Source: Chrysomallon squamiferum (Eukaryota > Animalia > Mollusca). From it: a DNA stretch of 64,000 nucleotides. The notes beneath the pieces were generated by a model. That model was not told the origin of the DNA and ran no database searches. It saw nothing but the letters and a program-made list of their open reading frames with translations. Positions within the stretch are counted from its first letter, which is position 1. Each line of letters begins with the position of its first letter. Shown here in pieces: positions 21,601-35,100 of this stretch. The DNA lies in contig CM022665.1 in NCBI GenBank assembly GCA_012295275.1, positions 2,542,001-2,606,000 on the forward strand, in the 5' to 3' direction. Made by a program: the position numbers and the translations under genes.

Positions 21601-24600
21601 ATGTGTCTTACCGTTCCTGACACGCACATTGTTATGTGCTAAAAGGTACTGTTCTACCCATGGTTCCATCTGGTTTAGACACCAGACCTGAGCTAACTTG
21701 TTCCGTGTCACCTGACTGGTCAGCCATTCCAGGCACTGCTGAGGACACGACTTTGTCAGCTAAAAAATAACAGTTGACTTTGTAATTAATAAATGTCTTA
21801 TGAAGACTAAAAAAAAAAAAAAAAAAAAAAAAAAACTATTTTGGAAGAAACTGTCTCAACAAACAAAAACCAACACAACTTAAGAACAAAGTATTTGGTA
21901 TGATTCAGTGAAATAAAAAAAAAAAAAAAATTAAATTTAATTATTATTATTATATTATTTATAAATATTTTCTGCCACACTGTGAATGAAGAGTTAGAGG
22001 ATGAAGTAACTGTACCTCCCAGAATCTCTGCAGCACATACTGGGTGTAGTGAGGCAGCCCAGGAGGACCACCAACAAACTCCACCAGCATTGACAGCAAC
22101 TTGAAGAATGGCTGTGATTGCTGAAAAACAATCAAAAAAATGTCATGAAAGTAAAATGTAATATTTATGAAAAAGAACATGGATTACTCATCAGATGTAG
22201 GACACATGAACATTTTCATTACTGCTTGCTTTGCCCCCCAAAAATAGGTTTTATTATTTAATAATTAATACTCAACATAGAATAACATTATTGCCATTTA
22301 TCTTTTCTTATCCTGTTTATATATAATTGTTTTCTAATAATTACATGAATAAATACAGAATGTTCTTATGATAAATTTCCCTAAAATTATAGACAGACTG
22401 TATATCATGATGCTTTACTAACCCTATTAAATAAACATTATTACTTGTTACTTGCATTAATTGTAAATATATCTTCTGGGCTAAAAGTTTTCATACTTAC
22501 ATCTGGATTCAGTTTTCTGATGGCACCAAAAATCATATTTACAATCTGAAAGAAAAGAAAAAGCATGTAATGTTCAACTTGCTTTATCAAAACAGCACTT
22601 ATTTGTTAACAGGAATGTACAACAATAATTACAACCAATAATGACAGACACACTCACTCTTAGAATTACTGAATATATCAATAAAATACTTCCATGTGTC
22701 AAGTTATGTGTGTGTTATATAAAAATATAATACTCACTGCTACAGCCAGACTGTCACTCCATCTAGTTAAACTGAATATCAAGTTACACGTCTGTCTCAC
22801 ATTTATATTGTCTCTGATCTGACTGAACAAAAATGGGAAACCCTGAAGGAAAAGAAGTGAAAAAAATTGAATTAATTTTGGTACAAGATTTCCAGTGCAG
22901 TGTTGAAATGTCAATACATTACAAATATTGTTCTTGACTGGGAATAAGCTCACAGGACTGAAGCCTAGGTGGGAATGGATTTAGTCAAGAGCATGGAGCT
23001 CAGTTCAGTTTCTAACAAAGGACAGTGACATGTATTAGTTTACATATATAATAACTAGTAACTTTGATGGCTATTTACCCTACTTTGGCAGACAATTTCC
23101 GTCAGCTGAACTGTTTGAGCTCTTTGTGGGCTTTCAATCAAAGTGTTATCACCATGTGCTATTTAGTTTTATTTAGCATCAAACTCAACAACTGTGCTTA
23201 TTATGTTTCTATATTACACATTTGTCACTGAACTTTGATGTTGTTCATGGCTTGCATTAAATCTTACTTTAAAAAGAAAATAATATTATTCCAATTCCCT
23301 TTAGGTTGAAAAAAAAAAAAAAAAAAAAAAAACAAGTGTTTGCTGAACAAAAGAACTTGTGATAAAAACACTTTTCTACAAACATCAGTAATTTCACACA
23401 GTGTGTCATGTACCTTAACACCTATGATAGAACTGTAATCTCGTTCAAAGATCTGAAGCTGTTTGTTGTTGACTCGTGATTTCTCCACTAGCAAAGCAAT
23501 CAGAGCAATCATCTTCTCAAGTGCTACAGGTCTGTAGTTGTCATCTGTGAGAGACACAACATCCTCCTCTTCATCATCATCAGACAGAATCTCAACCTGA
23601 CAAGAGTAAGAAACAGTTATCAGAGCTATTTATTTCACTCAGGTCACAAAGCTGTTCATCAGTTTTATATTCATTAACGTAAAGCCTCAGCAAACTTGCT
23701 TGACAAAATAATTTAATGTGTGAGTTTAATGTAAACTGGTTTACAAAACTAAATATTCAAACAGATACTAAAAAAGAAAAAAAAAAAAAGAATTAAGATA
23801 ACAAGTTAATATTGTATTAATAACACTAATTTCAGTTCTTGTGAATTTTTTCAAATTGTTTTAATATTTTTTTTCAAAATTATTATTATATTTATTTAAA
23901 ACACACACAACTCATAAATTTGAGATTAATTTTTTCATTCACAGCTTATCATAGTGGGATACATACTTAGATTTCTACAGCTCTCATAAATATTTAGTAC
24001 TTATTCACATCTAAAAGACTTACAACAAAGGATAATTAAAAAAAAACCCAACAACCTGTGAACACTCATCAGGTACTTAAGCGTGACCTAGCATTTGAAA
24101 ATAAAACAACTCACATAATTTTCCTGTGCTTTTTGTCCCATGTAGAAGTTGATCATTGTAGATATGGCACCAATATTGATAAGAAAGAGACATTCTTCAT
24201 CACCAGTCTTGGCCCACTCGAGGAGGAAAGCAAAATACTCAGTGAGGTATTTACTGTGAGGACGAACACCACGTTCAACCTGAAAATTTGAATAACAAAC
24301 AAAACTGTCAGTGTGTCGTCTCAAATATTACATACTGTGGAAAGAAACTTTACTTCAGTTTCAAATACTACATGATTTCACATATTCCAAGTTAAATAAA
24401 AAGCTGGATGTTTAACCATTGATATTTACACACATTTCCTGAATATTTATCGTTAAACAGTGTAAATATTTTTATTTTATTTAGGTAAAGATAATCTCTT
24501 GGAACCAGGACTGATTCTGGATTGGTAAGAAAGAAGAAAAAAAAAACTCAGATTATTATCACTGCATTTAAATAAATTTCAGTCATTTTTAGAAACTTTC

Positions 24601-27600
24601 AAAGTTTTTCTTTTTTCAGACATCCATTAGATTCCACGAAATCTGTTCAGTAGTTTTTTCAAACACTGTTAATGACAGATTTTAAACAAAATAAAACTTA
24701 CTATAGCCAGCATCTTCTTAATAAATCTGGTTACACAGGACTGATTTCCAATGTCTGAGATGTCTATTTCTCCATCATCCCTTTTTGAAAAAAAGAAAAG
24801 AAAAAAGTTATTAATGAAAAATCAGGGTGAAAATCCTCAAATGTTAAAATAACCTTTTGAGGCAAAAAAAATAAAAAAAATAAATAAATTAAAATAAAAT
24901 AAAATAAATAAGAATAAATATTAAATTTGTCAGTCAGTTAGTTCATTAGTTCAACTGAATATCAGTGCTTTTAATACAAACATTATCAGTTACAAAAATA
25001 AAAAATAAAAACCAACTGTTATAAAATTGGGTATAACTATAATACAACATGTAGACTGCTGACATAAACAGACAGAGTAGTGATGACTTCTGTAAAACAA
25101 TAAATGAACACCTACCCCTCCACGACTGGCTGCATGTACAGATCAACGTGAGTGTTTCTCAACTGACTAATCACGTGGATAACCAACCTCTGAAACATCT
25201 GTGATTAAAAAAATAAATAAAAAACTTATTACTTGTGCTTCCCTAACAAATTCATCTGGATGTTGGTCCCAAATGCATCAATTACCACAGTACATTCATT
25301 TTACAGTAATTATATTACAATGAAATGTAGGAAATAAACATTAACAAGAAATAGCCAATTATGTAAATATTCAAAAAAAAAAAGAAAAAAAAGAAATTTA
25401 ACTTGCCTGCCTGACCATCTGATTTGGACATTTGATAAGAATCTGCTGAGGCCACCAGTCACTTTCTGCCATGTGATCTAGGAACCACTACAAAAATAAC
25501 AAGATCACTTTTTTGTATATCAGTTCATAGCATAAATTGGTTACTAAAATATTTTATGTCCACATGCTTTCTCTGAACCACTGATTATCCATAATTATCT
25601 CTTAACTGCAAACAAATTCCCATCAGTTATTAGCATAAATATATTTATGTTTTTATAAAATTAGGTTTACAACCTGCTGATAAAATCTATACACACAAAT
25701 GCAACTGCCACAAGCAGGGAATACTTTTAACTTTAAAATTGTACTTATGGTCATATATAAAAAAAAATATTCTGCTTACTTCCATGTTATGTCTTGTTTT
25801 TTCCCATCCAATCTTAATAACAAAATACAGTAACAAAAAAGTATAATGAACAAATATGTGATTGGAAATTTTCTGTAGTTATGGCACCATCATTTAAATG
25901 GCTGAATGATTTACTGAAACACATAATTTTTAATAACAACAGCTATGGCAAGTAGTACTGCTAAGATAAAGAAAATATTTAAATGACCCTACCTCACATG
26001 CTGCATGACAGGAGTTGAATTGCTTTGTAAGTAGCTCTATCCACTGTAACATTGTTGGCTGCAATTGAAAAAAAAAAATTAAAATTAGCTTCAGCATTAA
26101 TGAAAATTAAGTTTTCTTTGTTACACTTCCTATAAAAATCAACATTTATAATATCCAGTAATCAGTGGCTGCAGGTAATAAATTAATCCAATCAAACATC
26201 AAACTCTAAGATGCTCAGTCATAAAGATCACACAGACATCTTCTGGCATAAATGTCAGGAGCAGATCCAGGTTTTCTGATGAGGGGTGTCCACGACAAAA
26301 AGGGCATCATAACATGAAAAGACACTATTGAAAAATGACACACAGTTCACATGGACCATAGTATAACAGTGCTACAACAGGGATGCTGGCAGAAGTATTC
26401 TACAGTGTTCACTAGATTGACAGAAATTTAAAAAAACTAAATATATTTTTAAAAAACCTAAAGATCCTAAATAAAAGGGGCACTTCTCAAATTTCAGGGG
26501 TGGGGTGGGTGTCCAAATGCCTTGGACCCCAGCTCCAGATATGCCCCAGAGTGTAAACAAGAGTAACACTGTTTTAAATGTAATCACCTTTTCTTTTGCA
26601 TGTATGAGAGTCTCGAGGACAAATGATGTGCTGAGTTGTGCAGCTTTCAGAGGAATGATGCTGTTTTCATTCTTGGGCAGTGTTGTTGGGATGTAGCCAC
26701 AGATCTGCCACATAAAACTGAAATATGTGTGCTCAAACAGATTCTTGTCTTGAAGAAACTGTGTGTTGTCTCGCCATATCCACTGAAAACAAAAAACAAC
26801 ATTTCAAACTATAACAAATAAAAATATTAAAAGAAGATTTCAAAAAGGCATTTAATAATCAACAGGACAGTTACCCTTTATAATGTTTATTATCAACAGC
26901 TGATATTTGTGAAAAATTCAAACATAAAAGCCAATATGGTAGAAAAAAACCAAGACAAAACAAAACAAAAAAGTAGTAATATAATTACAATTGTTTCGTA
27001 ATTTAATAATTATTTACATTTAAAGATGCACATTCTTATTATTTTCTTTTTATAGCATTGTTTTGAAAATTACATGAAATTATCTATTTCACAAAGTATA
27101 AATCTAGCTGTGTTATGTTAAACAGGTTTATATTAACCTCGCCAAGGCTTGATGGCAATTCAAAATTGAATTTCCTCTTGTCTTCCACAGGAACAACTTC
27201 CTCAACTTTCTTGTCTGCTGGAAATCTCTCATAAAATAACATGTATGCACTGTTTGTCTGAAACAGAATGAGACAAAAGTGTCAAAAAAATAAATAAATA
27301 ATAATAAAAATAAATAAATAAATAAAAAGATAAATAATAATATATTAAACGGTGTTTATGATGGTGCAAATTAATAAAAACACTTATAAAAAAACTTCTT
27401 TCACATTATTTATAATTATTACTTCAGCTTATTCTTAACAAATAATAAAGTATAACTATGTAATAAGCCTACAGACTGCAGCTGTAATTTTCCATTCTTT
27501 TTCCTGTAGTAATACCTTACAGACTAATCAAAATCTAAAATCTACATTAAACAATCTCAAACACTGATTTTTGAACATGTTTTTTTTCTGAACTGTTTTC

Positions 27601-28590
27601 AAATAGTTCTGAAAGTTGGCACCACTGAAATTCAGATTTTATAATGGTCAAATCAGTGTGATGAATTGTGTAATGAAGTAAAGGCATTTATACATTTAAA
27701 GATATTTAAATATTTATACATTCCAACAGTGACCAAAAGGGTTTGGACACCCGTGTTGAGAACTGATTATCTAAAACATAATGACATTTTGAAGAACACA
27801 AAAACTAAACACTGTTATATATGCTCAGAAACAAACCTTTTCAAACGAGAAGTCCATGAACTTGTCTGTCACAGAGTCGTAAGTCTTACTCTGAAAATAA
27901 ACAGTTTCCTTTGATGTTAAAATGTTTATGAAAATGTCAATTAACAGGAAGACATTTCATCAGTAATTATTATTTTTTTTTAGCAATCAGAGTGTTGTGC
28001 TCTAGAATGTAGCTGTAGTACTAATTTTTACCAAAAGATTTTATCTAAATAGTACAAATATTATATAACTAAGATGAACTGCACATATATTATATGTTAT
28101 TTTTCAGTATCACAAAAAGCCTCATCTTTTGATCTGTGCTTAACTGTTATTAGCTCACTGTGGGCAACAAAATATTTTCTTTTTGTATTTCAGTGGCTGA
28201 ATTAAAAAGGAAAAGGAAAAAAAAGTATATATTTAAAGGTATTTACTGTCATTTCTCCTCCAAAGCACTCAGATGCTATCTGACATGGATCGAATGGTTT
28301 CACCTCAGCATCATTGAACAGAAACCTGCAAAATTATTTAATATTAAAAACAGTGTAACAATTAAAAGAACTCTCCCAAACATTAATCTTTTTTTTGTTT
28401 TTAAAAAAATGATCACAATATTCAAGGACTATTTTTTAAAACTTCCTTATTAATGCTTGAGCATTTAATTACCTTTGAAAAAAAAAAAAAAAAAAAAAAA
28501 ATGACACAATGTCAACTTTATCACAATTATCACTTAAACTTTTCAATCACAAATTTACACTGTTACTGAAACAAAATATAAAGTCTTAAA

Positions 28591-28626
<36 letters not shown>

Positions 28627-29115
28627 AAAAACAAAATGAACAAAAATGGACAAAAATCGTCTTAACAATAGTAAACCAACCATTTATCTTGTCCGTTCTC
28701 TGTGTGACTGAGCCTGTCTCTTATGAAACTGTAGTAATGTCCACCATCTGCTGTTCCTGTGTGCACTGTTACACCAATCAGTTCATATTCACAGCTTTCA
28801 TCCTGCGTAGTGACATCCACTCCCATCATTGCTATCTCATCCTCCTCACTCTCATCAACTGAAAATGATTGCTTTACTTGATTAAATGTCCTACTTCATT
28901 ACGTAAACATTCTTTTTATCATTTAGGCATTTAAATTGCAATATGTTTCTCATTGTTTAATTACATCTTTTCAATTTTAACATTAATTTGATACTTGTCT
29001 GAAAGATGACAAATGAAATATTTATGTATTCTCCATCTGTCTTTTTTTCTTCTTCTTTTTTTTTTTTTTAGCAAATAATAAACATTTAAAAAAATAAATT
29101 AAAAAACAATTTATG

Positions 29116-29147
<32 letters not shown>

Positions 29148-32100
29148 TTACTTTGAAGTTTGTCTGGTCCCATCAAGTTCTGTTCCATGTAAGGTGACAT
29201 GTCCAGTCTGAGAGGAAATGAAAAATGTGTATTCACTTTTTCTTTCATCATTGTCACCATGTTGAATGTATACCTCAGTGTGTTAAAACACAAAATGCGA
29301 GGCAGCTTACGAAAGCAGGCACTGAAATAAAGAAATAATTGTAATCAGTTGTTAGTTACTGAGGTTCTAATTAGACCAATGTGTACATATTTAATAAAAA
29401 AATAAAAAAGAAGAAAGAAAGAAGAAAAAGACTATAATAAATGGGAAAAATAGAAACATTAAAAAAAATAAATAAATAAATAAAAAAAGAAAGAGATCCA
29501 TTTTAAACTTGTATTTATTTTACATCAATGTAAAAGAAGCTCTTTCTAACCAGTGGAATGTTTGGGGGAATGGGGTTTTGGAAGGTTTTTGGGTTGCTTT
29601 ATTTTTATTTATTGTTTTTTGGTTGGGGGGGTTAATACATTTTTTAATGATAATTTCACATTAAAAACAAGCTTTCATTTATTTCATTCAATAACATTTT
29701 TATGCCAAATTCTTAGAGTTATTTATTTCTATAACAATTCCAAACACTCACCGTTTCTCAGCTCTAACTTTTTTCTGACATTTTGAACATGTGTACATAT
29801 TGTCTCCTTCCAACATGTCTTTCACAGTAACTTCATCCAGTGACTCCTGAAGAAAATATTTATCATGACAAAACTATGTGAAGATATTACCAAACACATT
29901 TTACTGTAAAATTATCACTTTAACAACATACAATTCTGTCAACAGTAATGGACCATTTTTTAATTTTTTTTTTTTAAATCCATTAAATGGGATGCAAGTA
30001 CAGTAACACCTCAATAATTTACTGAACCTATCTCAACATTTGTCTGTAGAAGATGACATGATGGTCACAAGGAAAATATCAGCAGCCAACTTTGTTATTT
30101 TATTGTTATGTATTAAAATATATTGTATATGACATGCCAACAAATAAATAAATAAATAAAATAAAAAATAAAATTTGTTTATGACAGCTGAATGTAATTT
30201 AAATCATGACACAAAAATATGAAGTGTGTTTAACACACAGTCCTGGGCATTTATGTTATTAAAATTTTATTAAGCTAAAATTATTTTTTAATCCTGGATA
30301 TCATGACATTCTATAACTTGCATGAAATGGAATTAAAATTTTCACTTAATATAACTTTAAAAAAAATAATAAAAATTGCTTTAATTGGCAGGTAAAATAG
30401 AGACAGATCTATATTTTCCAATAATTTGTTGTTTTTTCCAAAAACATTTTCACAAATATGAATATTATAATTATTATAAAATGTCCATGCTTTAATCTAT
30501 GTATCTGAATCATTTATTTTTTTCATATCAAAAAAAAAAAAAATGAAAAAATGTTATAAAAAATTAAATTTACATAGAGGTCTTTCATGTCTGTTACTTG
30601 ACATCTCACTGTGTAGAATTCCTCAAATGTTCTACTAACATGTGGACAATCCTGAAAAATAAATAAATAATATTTAAATTCAATACATTATAATAATCTT
30701 CAAAGTAAATATGAATGAGACAAAAATAATCCAATGTAGTTTGAAAGAATACTGTTTATTTTAAATAAAGTCACTAAGCAAATAAACAAAAAATTAATAT
30801 ATACATTAACTTTCACATTAAAAATACAAAAGGAACTTTTATTTTTTAGAGACTGTTTTTGCAGCAGGTTGTGTAATGTACACATCTGTGGACACCTGAC
30901 AGACACTGAAATATAAACTGCACATCTATACACATCAACATCATAAAAATATTTCTAGCCTTTTTTGTGTGGAAAACTGATCTCAAAAACTCCTTGTTAC
31001 ATTTCGATACATACTTGTATTAGATTTGTTTATTTTTTTCAATATTAAATACTGATTTATTTCTATCTTTTTTTGTTTCTTTTCTTTTTTGGATACATTT
31101 CTAAATTTATTTCACCACAACCCCTCTGTTAAACTAAATACAGCTATGTTGGACAAAACAGACAGAATGTTGTATTCAGATGTACGGTATATGTCGTATA
31201 CACCATACTGGTAGTCATGAATTCAGAATGCACACTGTACATCTACAGTATAGCCAAGAGGTTAAATTATTTGAGTTTTGTCCCATAACATTAAATAATG
31301 AAAATAATTAGGCATTTGTTTTGAAACTTAAATACTAATTTCAAATATTAAATTGAAAGTTGTTATTAGCCAAGCCTCCATTATATTATAAATGTGTTTT
31401 GTAGTAAATTACTCTCACTGAAACATTCAAAGTGTTACTTACAAGAGACACAACATTATTTGTGACAACTCCACCAAACAGACTTTTCACCAGTGTTTTC
31501 TGTAATAAAAACAAAAATAAAAAAATTACTCTGCATGTTAAACATTATTTTAAGTTTGATCCCTTTACAAATTAAAGTGATGAATAATTTGTATTTATGA
31601 AAATTTACATTTTAATTCAATATGGTTCACTGCTATATGCATGTTCATTCTGAATATGATCACTAACATCATAAAATGTTGTCACCTGGTTTTATTTGCA
31701 TGGCCGAAACAAGTTGCTTTTATCTTTAATTTTTTTTTTTATCTAAAACTCTAGAACAATCACTTTAAGTGAAATTTTGCTGTGTTCATCAGACCAAGTA
31801 TACCACTGGAATTAATTTTCCTTTGTTTCCACAAAACTAGTATAAAATATTGTTTTACACTAAGACACATGATGAGGTTTTGATGCACAACATATGTAAT
31901 TTTGAAGTGTAAACAAATTAATCAGATTTGAAGTATTAAGCCTTTAACTCACAAAGGTAGGTTTGTCTGTATCATAAAGTAAAACAATACAAAAACATTC
32001 TAACCATTTCTGGGCACATTTCTTCCAACTTGGAGATGAGATCAGTGAAAAATTCTGTCATATCTTTCTGCTCTCCAGTGTTCAGTGGTTGTTTATCCAT

Positions 32101-35100
32101 TGTATAGGCTTTGCAAAAACTCTTTGGGTTGTAAGCCTTTCTTTCACTTTCCTGAAAATATAATTACCACTTAAGTGAAAATAAAACATTTTTCATAATC
32201 AGTTATTTAAAGACCATTTAGAATCTATTCTTTGCATTATTCAAGTGTTTCACAGTTTAAATAGTAAATGGATGGCATACAATATTGTAGCATCTCTGTT
32301 TAAGAATTGTATTTTTCATTTGTTTCAATATATGAAAAATATTTATATAACAGAGCAATTTTAAAAACATAAGTGTCAACAAACCTGTAAATAAGCAAAC
32401 ATTTTCTGCAGTTCTATTAGAGTACCTTCATGCTTGGCATAATCAGAACACTGAAAAAATCAAAAAATAACAATAAAAATTAAAATAATGTTTTAATCAA
32501 ATACAGTTTACCTGTATCAAACGACAACTAAAAACTGTCAGTATTATTTTAAAAGTATGCACATTTCACATGGCAATTTAAATCAAATGAAATTTCTACC
32601 TCTAACTCTTTAGCACACCAAAATTATAAAAATGTTCTCCATAATGTCAGTGTCTCCTTATAAACAACTATCTTGGAATAAAAATTTCATCATTTTTATC
32701 CTTCAGTTCCTAACATAACATGATAATCAACTGTAAAAAAAAAGTGCATAAAAAAAAAAAAAAACCTTTGTAAAGTTAGCTTCATTTCAATATCTATATT
32801 TATGAACAACTACTAAAACATGAGGAAATCTTTGGTAACAGATTACACAAAACACATACCTTTGCCTGCAAAACCGACTGTCTAGCCTGTGGGATCATAT
32901 AGAGGTGCTGCATGCAAGTTGCCATATAGCAGGTAGCTCCCAGGTTTGTTAAACCCACATACCCACACTTGGACCGCCCATCTTCGTGGGGCCAGTAATC
33001 CCAAGGGTAAGGTGCATGGCTGTCTGAAATCATAAATTTAAGAACCAAATAAAGACAACTGATTTAAATATTTAACTAATGTTATAAATGGTGATGTTTA
33101 AATGGTAAGGAAAAGATTATATTAGTAATTTATTTTATGGTTCATTCCACATTAACTTCATCACTTTTGTGATTTATAATTACAGATAAATGATACACCT
33201 GATCCAGAAAGAGGGCATTGTAATTAAAAACAAAATGAAGAAAAAGACAAAAACAATTCTGCAAGGGAACATTTTTTTTTTTTTTTTTAAAGAATTAAAA
33301 TAAAAATTTGAAATATTTATTTGTCTATGATCACTTGTTAACAAAATCAGATATTTCCGTCATCACTGGTTTTGTTTACATAAATTAAATTCAGGTTTTC
33401 TTTGATTGTATTTATGCATGTTTTTATATATAAAATTTTAGCTATATACTCTTATAGACACAGCTACAATATGAAAGATGTTCTTACCTTTGGTGTGCTG
33501 TACCATCATGTTAGCATGTAAAGCAGTGTAGTTTTCTGTGCTGCCCTTCACCATTTCTACTAAGAGATCGTATGCTGCTGCACGTGAAGTCTGGCTTTTA
33601 CATCGAGGTAGATAACGTTTTGTAGGCGATGGTAGAGCAAACAAGCTAGAGAAGATCTCATTCAGAAAAGTCTGGGGGAAAAAACAAATATGAACAAATC
33701 AGTGACAAAAAATAAAAAAGATTAAAGGACGTGTATCAAACACTATTTCGAATGAATAATGATTACTTCAGTATTTTGCTGAAAAGGAAATCACTAGATG
33801 AAATCAAGTCAGGATAATAATTTATTTTTTTTTTTTTTTAATCAATGAACTGAAAATCATCTAACAGTTTCAGAAACCACTCTATTTTAGAATCTGTTAC
33901 ATAAATAAAGATTTTGTAGTAATATACTGAAGTTATGAAGAGAACTCGCACTAACAATTAAATGTATTACAGTAGGTTGTTTACCTGTCCCTCTTCTGAT
34001 GTTTTAAACTGTGGGTTGTGTTTCAGGACTGCTGTGAACAGATTCAACAAACCAATGAGACCATCGTCCTCCTCGTAGCCAACACGTGTCTCGTAGTAGG
34101 GACGGTTGGCAACGTGCTGAGCTATATCTTTGGCTAAGGCGTTCAGATCAACAATATTCTCCTGAAATATTCATATTAGAACTTTATTTTATTCCATTCA
34201 TTTCTTTTTTTCTATTCAGAATAATCTGAAATGGTTAATAAATTAAAATTTTCATGTCCATCAACATTTTTATTCGATAATTTGTTGTTACTACAGTACT
34301 GATATTGCAAAAAAAAATTTTCATTTTAAACACTGTATTTAACAAATGTTATTTTGTAAACACTGATGTGACTCTATATAAACTTAAGAAATACATACCA
34401 ACTCAGTATTGATTTCTTCTTTGGAAATGCTATCCACAACTCTACAGACAAGCCAGAAGTAATCACGACAACCAGGACCAAAAGGTTCCTTCTCCTTTCC
34501 ACCTCCTTCAAACTGTACAAAAAAAAAAAAAATGTGTTGACAACAGAATTACTCTAATACCTTTTCTCAATGCTCGTCCAAAAGATATAACAGAAAGTTG
34601 ATGTATTCTACAAAAACAGACCATTTTAGCTAGTTATATCAAAATGGAGGTTCAACATCTGCATTACTGTTAGGAAGAGATTTTCATTTAAATATGTGAT
34701 AGGTTATCCTTAGTCACATACAGCTAAATGATATGTTGAAAATAAAGTGAATTTTTCTTCAAACATTTACATATGAAAACCTAAACAAAGATCAACAGTG
34801 TTTTGACATAAAACTGCTTTCAATATATATATATCACGTTATAATATTATCTGATCTTCATTTGTATTTGTAAGTACTGGAGCAGCAGACTGCTGGAAAG
34901 CTGCTTCTTTCATACTTTTTGTAAATGGAAACAAGATTTTAAATCACAAACCTCCACGTTTTTCTGGGGTTTGAACAACAAAGCTTCTGGTAAGAGACTG
35001 AGAAGACTGGAGAGGATTGGGAAGAGAAAACTGTAACATCTCTTGTTGTCAGCAGTCTTTCCCAGGCGCAGTTTGTACAGGCCCATGCATGCCTCTTTCC

